A stretch of 63,659 nt of DNA, the filler included, from Trichomonas gallinae (Eukaryota), in the NCBI GenBank assembly GCA_008369845.1. It is 11 parts of 11 records of this genome, joined end to end, with 100 filler letters (N's around TTAATTAATTAA, not from the genome) between each part and the next. Parts side by side here need not be neighbours in the genome. Positions count along the whole stretch, not along the records: positions 1 to 17,217 come from MRSU01000633.1; 10 more parts are not named here. One strand, 5' to 3'. The position numbers and the translations under genes are program-made. The notes under the pieces were generated by a model. That model was not told the DNA's origin. It was given only the letters and a program-made list of their open reading frames with translations, and did no database searches. Each line of letters starts with the position of its first letter. Within the stretch, counting starts at the first letter, position 1. Shown piece after piece: positions 1 through 11,300 of this stretch.

Positions 1-72
1 GATCAAAAATAGGTGCAAAAATGCAAAATTTTTTCCGTTGTAAAGTTTACAAAAAACGGTTAGAACGGTCCC
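1..72. mobile_element. DNA transposon terminus (Kolobok-type: ends ...GGTCCC followed by TTAA target at 73-76)
   Basis: 1-76 is the exact reverse complement of 42720-42795. Identity stops precisely at TTAA. Read inward, the terminus is GGGACCG (RR start plus TTAA target, as in Kolobok rather than piggyBac CCY). Confidence 0.7.
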
Positions 73-860
73 TTAATGTTTATGTCAATAATCCGTCTTT
101 CAAAATCATTTCAGGAATCAAAACTAAATTTATCCTAATCAAATTTCCTAATGAATATTTTCTTTCATGTGAGCTTCCGTATTTATCTTATTTTTATCAT
201 CTTTCGTATTTTCATTTGTTCGTTTTCATCATAATGTAGATGTAAAGATGTAATTTAGCCAGTATTAGAAAAAAAAAATATTATTATTGACATTTTCATG
301 TCATTTTTCCGATTAATTTTGATATATTTTAGCGCTTCTCTAGATATTATGTGTTATTATGGACACATCAAAAATAAAAAATATGAAAAAAAAAGAATTT
401 ATTAAATTGATATTTATATTAATAATATAGTCTTAATATGTGTTTTATGGAATTTTAATGCTGAAATTATCTATCAATATGTTTCAGATGTTAAATTTGA
501 TTTCATATCAAAGAGAAACTATACAAATAATGCATTAAATTTTGCTCCAAATGATTATTTCCATTCTAATGATTCATTTAGAATTAAAGTTAATGAATAT
601 TATTAATGATTTTAGCATTTTTCAATTTCAATTTTTAATGATTATGCAATATTGCGCTATACACTATAATGAAATCCTTAGAATTTTGAATATGCGTCAA
701 TATACATAAATATATATCAAATAATATCTAATAAAATTAATGAATGAAGAATTTGTCAAATCTTGGGTTGATTTACATGTCAAAAACAATATTATGACGC
801 TTTACATGGCATTTACGATTTCTTTACGTGACAAATTGTCACTTTTTAGAAAATTTTAAT

Positions 861-3800
861 ATGCGAAAATTCTCTCTCGGTTTAAACAAAGACAACGCAA
901 ATGTCGTTCAGTCTATTGTTTACAAACCAGCTGAGACATACTTTAGAACGACTTACTCCAAGAAAGAGCTCGAAAAAACTGATTTTGAGGAAGTTATCAC
1001 TCGTTGTAGGAATTTAATCAAAAGAATTACGAATATTCCAACAAAAAGCAACATACAGTACTACGAAGAGTTCGCAAGGCCTTCATTCGCGAACTTCAAC
1101 CTCGAAAACGAAACCAAGCCATTTTATGATGCATCAATGGCTGTAACTGAATTCGTGGGAATGCTGACTCACCCGACATTCGACCAAAACAAGCAGAAGT
1201 TCTTCGACACGATCAACACGAAAATCAACGATGATTGGCAAGATTGTTCAAGGTGTCCTCAAATGCAACACATAATGAAGGCTGCTTTCGGCATCATGGT
1301 GGACCACAACCAGTACATAAGCCAATCTTACACACCATCGACTCTTTCTTTCATCGCTAACACGTTATTATTGCAATCTTCGATTTCTAGAACGCAATCT
1401 TACCAATTAGTGCTCGAAATATACGCGCAAGTATTCGTGTTTAAGGCAATCGAGAAGCATAAAGAGAGAATCCAAACATTTATCGATAATGAAAAACAAG
1501 TTACGACAAATCTCATATTTGGAGAAGAGCAGGCAGAGAAAAACAACTCAGATTTCAGAGATTTCATCAGCCTGGTTACAGTTATTGGCAGAATGAGAAG
1601 AGATCCGGATTTTGGCCGCCATTTTTATTCAATGGGAACTGAAATCATTTCTTCGGCTACTGATTTCACTCAGCCGAGGTTTGTGGCGCCTTTCATCGAA
1701 CTTTTGGCTTCTTTATCCGTAGATAAGGAAACTGCAGAATTAATTTATCATCGATTAGCGAAATCTAACTCACCGCTTATAAATCTACAACACTTTTTGG
1801 ATGCCATTACTGGCTACGTTGATGATTTTAATCAATCACAGGCAAATGTTTCGAAATTATCAGAAGACGATTCTATGACATTAGAATCGATATTTAGACT
1901 TCTCTCAGCATTCTTCAAACACAGCGACTTATGCAGAAGCAAAATCATCGTTCAAAATAACTTAATTAACAATTTAATTTCATTCGTTTCTTCTATGATT
2001 CCTGCTTCACTCAAAGCATGCTGCTACGATACATTAGCTGAAATTTCACAAGATGAAGCATTTACAACTGAAATTTGGCGAAGATTCGTTTTTACAGAAA
2101 TTCTTACACCCGACAACGTACAACTTGGATCCGGTGGTATCATTTCTGATATAGAGAAGACAGAAACAACTGAGAGATCTTATCCATTAATGCGTTCTTT
2201 TGTTAGATTTATTTCATATTTAGTCCAAAAATCACCTCCACCGATTAATTTCGAGCATATTCATGTTTTCTTGTGTGAATTGTGTCTCCTTAAGCTCCCA
2301 GATCGTTTATACGCACATTTTAATGAAAAATGGTCAATTCTTTGCGAAATTACACAAGCTTGGACCAATTTATTCAAATACGACAGACAATTCTATAATT
2401 TCGTTATGCGCTCAGCTCTCTGCGATCAAAGATTTATTCGCGCATTAATTAATTTTGCTATTGAAGAAGAAGCGCCAATGGAAACACTTCTTTGTATCTA
2501 CAGATTAATGTATACAATCTCACAACACGAACAAGAATTCTTCCAAAACCCAGATTCAGGATTTCATTCATCAATTGTTATTTTAAGCCAACAAATCTCA
2601 TGGTCATCAGATTTTCTCAAGAAATTAATCGTCTGTGTATCAGAAAACGATAGAGATCTTCAAATGGCGGCAATTTCATTATCTCAATATCTCGCAATCA
2701 ACGCCGCACAGATTGTGCAGGTTGTCTTCACGTCAGTTAGACCGATTCCATGCTTCATTAAGGTCATACAAAAGGATGAAGAAGAAAATGATAAAATTGG
2801 CGACGAAGAAACATGTATCAGAGTTCGTTTATTGTCTTTCCTTGCTTCCCTTGGCTCATCCTCGCATTTCCTTCGCTATGTGAGCGGTTTTGACATAAGT
2901 GATCCACCAACATCTTTATTAAAGTCAACATTAGAGAAAGGCATCATCCCTAAGATGGTCGAAAAAATGGGATTGACGCGTGCAGCGAGAAACTACCCAA
3001 GATTTGCGGCGACATCTCTTCAGATTTTCTTATTACTCTGCGATCACTCGTTAACTGTTTCTCCTCTGTTAAACTGCTTGAGATCTTCGCCGCATTCGTT
3101 CTTCGACAGGCAGCTCGTTGATCTACAAGACGACAGGTCATCAATGACAGCGATCGGCTGCTTCTTGATGCTATTGGCCCGCGAAGCAATGGAAAGCCAG
3201 CAGAACAGTAGCTGCGGAACAACACTCCAAGTTGTCAACATTTTGATGAACTCAGTCGGCTACAGCGAGCAAAGATCTCGTGTTGTCCTATGCTTCGAGT
3301 TCATAGACAGAATCGATGACAGCAGTGAAGCAACATTAATCGCAAAAGGTTTGTTCCAAGCTGTCGTTTCATTCTTGTCGAACAAAAACGTTTGCCAGTC
3401 AGTATCCAGGCACTGGGGCTCTGTCTGGGTCCACTTAATCGAGCACATTCTCAACAAGATGACGACTGTCAACAATTTCGAGACAACGCAGTACTTATCG
3501 CATACAGCTGGTTTCTTAGGCAAATCAATTTTCTCAGATAAAGCGTTTGGAGCTGTTGACGCACAAGACTACAGCACAGTGTTCACAGCTGTCGTCACGA
3601 GCCTTGAGAACTTAAGAGTTAAGCAGCACTGCGACTCGATGACAGGAATTTATTCGCTTTTCGCATCACTTTTGAAGGATGATAAAAACTCTGACACATT
3701 GCGAGGTATATATGTTGACAACTCCAGTAGTATTGTTCAGTCATTGATTAACGACTCTCGTAACCAGATTCCTATAACAAAGGCCGCTGTTTTCGCTGCC

Positions 3801-4490
3801 GCTGAAGCATTAGTTCCATTTGCATCAGATGGTTCGCTCGACAAATTCATCAAGCATTGCATCACACAACTACCAACAGACTGGATGATATTTGATGAAG
3901 ATAATGAGTCAGGAGCCTTCGTGCTCGGCGCAAAGTTCTCATTCTTCGCGAGAGTAATTTCGTGTGGAATGGATCCTGCACCTTTCATTGATCACGGATT
4001 TATTGTCAATTCATGCCACAAACCATTATGGGAATCATTGGGCGAATATTTCTCGACGTCAACAAATTCAACACTCAGCGAGATGATGCTCGAGACTGCT
4101 TCTAAGGCGATAAGAGCAATGTCCGCTTTGCTTGCTGCTGCACAAGACTCAGAAGATGTTAAAGGTCAAGCATCACAGTTTGTTTCGCTTTTTAGTGAAC
4201 AATTTTCATCTGTTTTTATGTTCGGCGGTTTCTTCACTTTAGGCGCATTGAACATGATCGCTGACCTTGTCTGCTTCCTAGCTTTGATCCCTGAGTCTGT
4301 TGATCAGCACTTGTTGTCGAGACTGAATATGTTGCGTGCGAGGTTATCTGTCAATGAACAATGGAGAGAATTGCTTAGGAAGAAAGCTGGAAATATTGAG
4401 ATGCCTTCACAGAAAACTTATTCTGCTGCTTCTAGGACAGCAAAGAGGATAGTTTTGGCTGTCAATTATCTCATTCCTCCGAAGAAATGA
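861..4490 (+). CDS. NUP205: Nup205/Nup192-family scaffold nucleoporin (~1209 aa)
   Basis: The ORF track starts at GTG 828; the first ATG (861) follows the Inr TCACTT at 839. The blocks GGIISDIEKTETTERSYPLMRSF, DRLYAHFNEKWSIL and YPRFAATSLQIFLLLC...SPLLNCLRS...FFDRQL match Nup205 blocks (ESRCEEYPLTRAF, RAYRRAAEKWEV, YPQLAELCYQVIYQLC...GPTMRYLRT). Confidence 0.8.
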   Translation: MRKFSLGLNKDNANVVQSIVYKPAETYFRTTYSKKELEKTDFEEVITRCRNLIKRITNIPTKSNIQYYEEFARPSFANFNLENETKPFYDASMAVTEFVGMLTHPTFDQNKQKFFDTINTKINDDWQDCSRCPQMQHIMKAAFGIMVDHNQYISQSYTPSTLSFIANTLLLQSSISRTQSYQLVLEIYAQVFVFKAIEKHKERIQTFIDNEKQVTTNLIFGEEQAEKNNSDFRDFISLVTVIGRMRRDPDFGRHFYSMGTEIISSATDFTQPRFVAPFIELLASLSVDKETAELIYHRLAKSNSPLINLQHFLDAITGYVDDFNQSQANVSKLSEDDSMTLESIFRLLSAFFKHSDLCRSKIIVQNNLINNLISFVSSMIPASLKACCYDTLAEISQDEAFTTEIWRRFVFTEILTPDNVQLGSGGIISDIEKTETTERSYPLMRSFVRFISYLVQKSPPPINFEHIHVFLCELCLLKLPDRLYAHFNEKWSILCEITQAWTNLFKYDRQFYNFVMRSALCDQRFIRALINFAIEEEAPMETLLCIYRLMYTISQHEQEFFQNPDSGFHSSIVILSQQISWSSDFLKKLIVCVSENDRDLQMAAISLSQYLAINAAQIVQVVFTSVRPIPCFIKVIQKDEEENDKIGDEETCIRVRLLSFLASLGSSSHFLRYVSGFDISDPPTSLLKSTLEKGIIPKMVEKMGLTRAARNYPRFAATSLQIFLLLCDHSLTVSPLLNCLRSSPHSFFDRQLVDLQDDRSSMTAIGCFLMLLAREAMESQQNSSCGTTLQVVNILMNSVGYSEQRSRVVLCFEFIDRIDDSSEATLIAKGLFQAVVSFLSNKNVCQSVSRHWGSVWVHLIEHILNKMTTVNNFETTQYLSHTAGFLGKSIFSDKAFGAVDAQDYSTVFTAVVTSLENLRVKQHCDSMTGIYSLFASLLKDDKNSDTLRGIYVDNSSSIVQSLINDSRNQIPITKAAVFAAAEALVPFASDGSLDKFIKHCITQLPTDWMIFDEDNESGAFVLGAKFSFFARVISCGMDPAPFIDHGFIVNSCHKPLWESLGEYFSTSTNSTLSEMMLETASKAIRAMSALLAAAQDSEDVKGQASQFVSLFSEQFSSVFMFGGFFTLGALNMIADLVCFLALIPESVDQHLLSRLNMLRARLSVNEQWRELLRKKAGNIEMPSQKTYSAASRTAKRIVLAVNYLIPPKK

Positions 4491-5031
4491 TTTTGATTTT
4501 TATTATTATTTTATTATTTGATATTTTATATTTTGCTATAGATTAAGAATAAAGTTTATTTATAAATTAACCCCATATATTTATCTCATAACATGTAAAT
4601 CATGAAATAATTTTATCTTTTTTGAAATATATCGCTTTTGATTTATTTAAACATTGCAAAATTAAAATTTGGCATCACTAATCCATAAATAATAAATTAA
4701 AATTGCATAATTTGATAAATATTTATTGAATAAAATTTAATTTGAAATCTGGTTTCAAAAATCAAAATTTATACATATATTTATGTTATAATTGGAGTTA
4801 TCAAGCTTAGAAAGTTGTGCTACAAAATGTTGAAATTTTCCAAAATAATATCAAAATTTGAAGAGTTTTATTATTATATTTCGATCTTTTTTGACTTATA
4901 TGCTATGTTAAAATGTGAAATAAGAGATAAAAAGAAGTTATTCGTATGTTCGATTGAATTATTACAAACAATCTTGTTTTTAATACCACATCGTTGACTA
5001 GAAGTCATGATTGTTTTAGTTTTTTTGTTTC

Positions 5032-6279
5032 ATGCTTAGGCATGTTATATTAAATTTCCCAGACGATCATCCTTTCTTGGGAATGGGTATAGCATCCTAT
5101 GATATGTTAAAAGGCATAGAAAAGCAGTTCGAATGGGACTTTTTGCCTTCTAAAGGTCAAGTTCCGCAATCAAATCTTTATAAAATAGTTTTAGGCAATG
5201 TTCATAGGCAGCAAGAGAATGCAATGAACGAAATAATTCCAGTTTCACTCGATATACCTCAACATGGCTGTTATTTATTTTGTTCGATTTTTGGAATCAA
5301 AATTAACGAGAAAACAATATTCTATATCTATGGATTTTTTCTTCAGCACGACAGAGTCAGACAGAATCTTGATATAATATCAATTTTACTTAAAAAAGCG
5401 ATCGATGGTGCATCAAAAATCAAGGTAACACTACTAGAAAAGCAACCGATTCATGAAGCTACACATTACATCCAGAGGCTCGCTTCCGAAATAAATGCTA
5501 TAATGAAATTAAAAATTCCATATAATTTACCTTTTATTCCAATTGCTTCAAACGATCAAATATTCTATGCTAATGCTCTTTTCTCGCATTTGGTAACTCA
5601 GATGGTTACGATCATCGAAGCAAATAGTTATGAAGAAGCATTTCCTTTGTTTTCTTTCCTTTCGAAGTTCTTATTGAAGTCTCAGTACTCATTAAGCTCG
5701 TGTAATGTCAACGAAGAGCCTCTTCCAGATTTGCATTTGCAAATTGTTAAAGAAAAAGAGAATATTCCTATGATAAGGATGCTTAATTTTGAGCGTTCTT
5801 GGACATGGGTACGATTAAAATCAAGAGTTATATATGAAAGTCCCGATATCACATCACAGAAAAGATATTTTGAAATTTATCGAAATTTTGATCCAAATGA
5901 TATGTCTGAATCAGGCAAAAGGATGAAGAAATACCTAGAAACATACAATCTAAGGCCAATTACACGGTCTTTCTGGGGAGCTTCTATAGTTTCGAAGATT
6001 TGCAATTCACTTCCAACCGTTTCTACATTTATATGCGAAAGGACAATGAATACACTTGTAATCAAGGGTATTTTACTTGTTGATTATGTTAAAAGTCTTG
6101 GAGAAATTGCATTTTTGCAAAATGCGCAAATAGAAGAAGCGAAAGAGCGCTTAGAGATCGAATCTGATGAACTATTTTATGTTATTGTATCAATTGCTGA
6201 TTTAATAGATAATTCAATACATCGAAAAGTGTTTGCAGGAAAAAAGGCAATGGTTATGTCTATGATGGCATCGATTTGA
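5032..6279 (+). CDS. C9orf72-like DENN/longin-related protein (415 aa)
   Basis: GIASYDMLKGIEKQFEW resembles C9orf72 AYWDNILGPRVRHIW. FYANALFSHLVTQMVTII...LSKFL...PDLHLQIV resembles FLLNAISSHLQTCGCSVV...LCLFL...SGLFVQGL. Confidence 0.7.
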   Translation: MLRHVILNFPDDHPFLGMGIASYDMLKGIEKQFEWDFLPSKGQVPQSNLYKIVLGNVHRQQENAMNEIIPVSLDIPQHGCYLFCSIFGIKINEKTIFYIYGFFLQHDRVRQNLDIISILLKKAIDGASKIKVTLLEKQPIHEATHYIQRLASEINAIMKLKIPYNLPFIPIASNDQIFYANALFSHLVTQMVTIIEANSYEEAFPLFSFLSKFLLKSQYSLSSCNVNEEPLPDLHLQIVKEKENIPMIRMLNFERSWTWVRLKSRVIYESPDITSQKRYFEIYRNFDPNDMSESGKRMKKYLETYNLRPITRSFWGASIVSKICNSLPTVSTFICERTMNTLVIKGILLVDYVKSLGEIAFLQNAQIEEAKERLEIESDELFYVIVSIADLIDNSIHRKVFAGKKAMVMSMMASI

Positions 6280-6705
6280 ATATATTTTTATGTTTGTTTG
6301 ATATTAAATTTTGTTTTTTATTATGTATATATAAAAATACATCAATAATCGATAATTTACTACCAGCAACTACATATATTATCCAAAAATTAGCCTAATT
6401 ATTAAATATCGATCGTTGAATGTTTTATAACGAAATATTTTGATTGAATCTGTTGTGTCATATTCAAAATGATTTGCTTTTGATATTCACATGTGTGTGA
6501 AAGCAGGCACAGGCTTGTTTGTAATAAATACAACTATCGCAGCAGAGTAATATAAAAAAAGACCATTATAAATTTATAAACTGTAATCATTGATGACATA
6601 TGGAATAGTTATATCGTGATGTATAATCATATGAAGACATTTTATTCACATCCTTATTTCAGAAATCAAAAAAAAAAATATGCAGAAACAAACCATGATA
6701 GAAAT

Positions 6706-6927
6706 TTACATTGCCTTTGAATTTTCTTGGACATCAGAAAGCGCTAAATCATTGAATGCGTGCATTCTTCCAGGATTCTCAGAATCTGGAGCATCAACGG
6801 TATGTGTTGGTGCTTTCACAGCATCTGTTGGAGTTTCGGCCTTTTTGGATGGTTCTGGTAAGCCTTCTGGAATGATTGGAGCAACTGGCTCGCTTTCTTT
6901 TGGACCATCATCCGCTTCTTTGCACAT
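6706..6927 (-). CDS. small acidic/proline-rich protein (73 aa), function unknown
   Basis: GC-enriched ORF in an AT-rich context. ATG in an AAAATG context, ACCGTT (trichomonad M3-like motif) ~25 nt upstream, and the stop lies within the TAAA polyadenylation signal. Confidence 0.65.
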   Translation of the reverse strand: MCKEADDGPKESEPVAPIIPEGLPEPSKKAETPTDAVKAPTHTVDAPDSENPGRMHAFNDLALSDVQENSKAM

Positions 6928-7809
6928 TTTAATGTTTTATCGACGAAAAAAACGGTTAAATCAGAAAAATTTCCATTATAATGTGTTTGATGAGATACTT
7001 CATTGTTGATAAAATTTTACAAAACTGTGATTTATTGGATTGAATGGTTTACAATGATCACCTTTTCAGTTTTTTTTAAATATTTTAAAAGCTTAAGTTG
7101 TTTTAGAGAATCAAAATAATCCGATTCAAATATTGAAAACTCGTGGTTTAAATTTTTATAAATTCTTCTAATCATCATAAAAGTGAATTACAGCATTTTC
7201 TCGCATTACAGATAATTTTGGATCTGACATTATTCGACAAAAATAATTACAAAATAACTATATTCTTTCATTTTTGTCTTAGAGAATAAAATTAACAAAA
7301 ATTTAAATCTGGGATTAGATTATATTATTATTAAGCTGTTATTTTCTTGAAAATAAAATTTAATCTCAATTTTCGAGGTTTAATCTCTTGAATATATGCT
7401 AATGGCAAATTGGAATCTGACTATATGAATAAATAGCTATGATATGAATAGTTCTTGGTATCAATATCCTTACATATTTTATTTTCGTTATACAAAAAAC
7501 TCTGAAATATTAGCCATAATATCAATAAACTCATAATATATCAAGCATTATCCGGATACAAAAGAAATTGAAGTGGTTTAATGTTTCTTATTTTCGAAAA
7601 ATTCATTACAGATCCTTATTCACTGATAAGTCAAATATCAATAGTATTCATCGCATTTATGCATATTTCACATGCATTGTAATCCAACTGCAATAAAAGA
7701 ACGAAGCTGATAAAAAAAATATTGAAAAAAGTCATTAATTTCTATGATAGTATAGATATTTAGCATAAAAAGTAATACAAACAATAAAATCCGTATATAT
7801 ATACTGACC

Positions 7810-8349
7810 TTATAATTCAAATCCGAAACCATCAACTTCTGGGAAGTCGAATATTTCAAGAGAGTCATCGAATGACATCTTATCATATGGGTACTCTTCA
7901 ATGAGAGGCTCTGTTAAGATATTATCTTGGAAATGCTCACTTTCGCTCTCGGATGATGAGCTCTTCTTTTGATTCTCGCGCTCCTCTTGTCTTCTAAGAA
8001 GTGCATAACGACTCTTGATGTTGATATCTGTTCTTCCTGGGAATTCCTTAGCGATTAAGGACCATTTACGGCCTATCGTCTTAACAAGGTCGATGAGCTG
8101 TGCGTCCTCATCCTTTGTCCAAGGGTTAATATTCAAGTATGGGGCAAGATAGTTTTTATATCTGTCTCTGCATTGTCTTGGGTTTCTTGTTCCCATGTAT
8201 TCACTAACTTTCTTCCAATTGGAAGTGCCGAGGACCTGAACTAAGAGTCTAAGTTTATCGTCCTCTGATGGTGTAAACTTATCCTTTGGATGTGGCTTGC
8301 CGACAGGCGACATTAATAAAAATGAACTCATTGACAATTTGTGTAACAT
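7810..8349 (-). CDS. R2R3 Myb-like DNA-binding protein (true start may be ATG 8313, after Inr TCATTTTT)
   Basis: KFTPSEDDKL...W..VSEYMGTRNPRQCRDRYKNYLAP and PWTKDEDAQL...GRKWSLIAKEFPGRTDINIKSRY form two Myb repeats. Confidence 0.93.
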   Translation of the reverse strand: MLHKLSMSSFLLMSPVGKPHPKDKFTPSEDDKLRLLVQVLGTSNWKKVSEYMGTRNPRQCRDRYKNYLAPYLNINPWTKDEDAQLIDLVKTIGRKWSLIAKEFPGRTDINIKSRYALLRRQEERENQKKSSSSESESEHFQDNILTEPLIEEYPYDKMSFDDSLEIFDFPEVDGFGFEL

Positions 8350-11300
8350 TCAATTTTCAAGGATATATAAAAACAATGAAAACGTAGACTGTGTATACAT
8401 AGATAAATCATATTCCGCAATTATTTTTGCGCAAAATTTTGGGGAAGTTAAATAATTTTCTATGAGTTCTCTCAAAATAGTTATCCTTCATTATCCAATT
8501 ATGTATACATATAATCGATTATCTCGCAAATTTACAACTTAAATAATTGAGAACTGTTAAATCTCTTGTATTTTCTGAGATATTATCAAAGATTGACTGA
8601 TGTTACGGAAAAGATATTTCCCTCTCCATTCACTACGCTTATCCCGTATTTCATGTTTTGGAAACCCCGTAATCATAACCACTTTTTTGTTCTCAATTTG
8701 CTATTTTGAAACCAATACTTGTTAAATCTGCTCGATATACATTTAGAAGTTTATATTTTAAATATAAAAGCTGAACTATGATTTACAAATTCAGATATTG
8801 GGTTCAAATTTTTATTTAATTATTCATCATAATATCCATTATTATGCATTTTAAAACATTGTTTTATTTTTGAAATGCATTCAATTTATGGCTTAATTAA
8901 ACACAATTTTTTGAAATATAATATGCTTTATTATACCTTGTAATAGTATAGACAGTGCGCAACCAGAAAAAGCAATTATTTGCTATCAAAATTTTCCAAT
9001 GAGTACCTCAGAAATGTTTAATCGAATTTCACTTGTTGGTCAGTTATGATTCTCAGATCAGAATTTCAGCTTGTTAACATCAGATATGCAAAGATACAAA
9101 CACATTTTGCATGTTTCTCTAATCCTAGTTTAGCGGTATTTGCTTTTCTCGAATAATATCATCCAGAATGAGATATTTTGATTTGGACAGTTTAGAAGAT
9201 ATATGTACACACCGCTCGATATAAAATGTTTTATATTTAATTTAGCAAATTATTGATATGTACTGGACACGCTCAAATATGGCGTATTACAATTTATGAG
9301 TCCATGTAATGCAACTCTTTTAACGGACAGCTACATAATCAATGAAGTTGTTTTTGAATGATAATTTCACAAGCCTGATTTAGCTTTAACCTTTGATCCT
9401 TCCAGATATAAACTTCGATATGATCTATAATCATAATTACTCAACGATCGATCTTCTATTTCTTGTTCTGATTTGAATACGATTAGGCAGAAAAACAAAG
9501 TTTGTCAAGCATCAAGTGATAGTGTATCATAGTACCATTATTTATTAAGCTCGGCAGCCAACTGGTATAAAATTATATGATGATTATCCAAAAAGATCTA
9601 ATTTTGCCATGTAAAGTACACATTTTGTCATTTTGGCCCAACAAATAAGGTTAACATTTTTTTTGCTGGACACGAAAAACAGCTTGATACTGGTGTGTTA
9701 AGCATGGTTGTCTGGCAAGCAGAAAAATGCGGCTTCAGAAGCAGGTCGGACGTACTTTCCTGAATGATTAACCGCAGAACATCCTTTTAATTTTAATCAA
9801 AAGAAATTTATTCTCGTATTTTTAAGAATTTGCAATAATGATTTAGATAGAAATGAAAATAGTATTATCATTGCATATACTCTTTTGATTTTTTTAAAGT
9901 TTATCATTTCTACGAAATTGGAGATTTTGTAATTTGGATTTCAATAATGTAAATATATAAATCTTTAATGAAATCCTTTTATAATTAGGATTGAGTAAAA
10001 TAATGATTTCATATCAGGATAAAAGAAAAGCGAAATAACTAAAAATTAATCAATTTTCAGATAATGGATGCCAATTTATGTGATTATATAATCATTTGGA
10101 AAGGAAATAACCGAATTTCCGTGAAAGTAATAAAAAAAACTGTGTAATGAAAGTTCACAGTTAAATTATTGAGTCATATGTACTGCCGAGCTATACATTG
10201 AATTAATTTCTTTTAATCAATCCAAAATTTTAAAATTGAATATAATATTTAAAAGGAATTATGATCAATTATCGATAAAGGAACATCTATAGAATCAATT
10301 GATTGATGAGCTCAATACACCTGCGGAATCATAGGAAATATAGCAATTTTGAGGCAGCGACATGTCAGCAGATGTCTGAAAAGAAACCGCCTATTCAGCC
10401 TGAATTGAAGATAAAAGAGAATCATTTTATATTGTTTACATTCAGAAAAATAATTTACTAAAAATCGATATGCTAACAAAATCATTTAATAAATTAAATT
10501 AGAAAGGAGAAAATTATTTTCTATGTCTAACTTTTGAGAGAATTCTATGAAATAATTCATATAACGTCTTTGATGCGTAAATATTATAATAGAAATGTCA
10601 TATATTAAATATATGGTCAGAGAAAATTTAATGATTTTTTCATAGATAAAATAAAATTTTTTAAAATATGCATATTCCTTGAAGAGGAATCAAACATATA
10701 TAATCATGCTAATTTATATATTTGAATCAGTTTCCATTTGTTAGAATTCTCAATTTATTTTCCGAATTGAAATAAATTAATTGTGTAAAATCGCAAATTT
10801 CTTGGTGGAAACTGGATATATGTTGATGAGTATTCACTTCCACTTAATTTTATCCATCCCATTCAAAATAAAAAAGTTATAATAATATTGTTTATATAGT
10901 ATATTCTCGAATTCTAAAGTGGGAAATAAACTGTTCTCAAAAAGTTAACATGTATAATATTTATACTTACATATATCTGAATCTTATTGGTTTATCATAC
11001 AAAATGTTTCTGAGAGGTCTTTCAATCATATTTGTGAATATAAAAAATTATTTTCAACCAATCAGCAGCCTCGAATTTCAACAGCAGCACTATGGGTATG
11101 ATTATTGAATCTAATATATATATCAAGTATCTCATAATACTCAGCATATTCCTAAGAATCATTAGAACTATATTTCAATAAAAAACTTCTAAGATAAGAA
11201 GTAAGACACAATAGATTCACATACAGCTAATGATTAAGTTAATGATTACATTTTTATTGTTATCGAATTTTATATTTGTTCAAAACAAAAATAATTCCTC

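Noticed and set aside
21..239. 72-aa ORF at the window start and similar short AT-rich ORFs (e.g. 4815, 20175, 40345, 47040)
   Set aside because: Low-complexity F/I/L/K/Y composition typical of intergenic DNA; the first one spans a transposon junction.
6680..7009. Plus-strand 109-aa ORF
   Set aside because: Antisense to the 73-aa minus-strand ORF, which has better start context, promoter motif and codon usage.
9665..9785. GC-rich patch as RNase P/MRP or SRP RNA
   Set aside because: Only a partial GGAAAGT similarity on the minus strand; no matching P4 partner or convincing stems.
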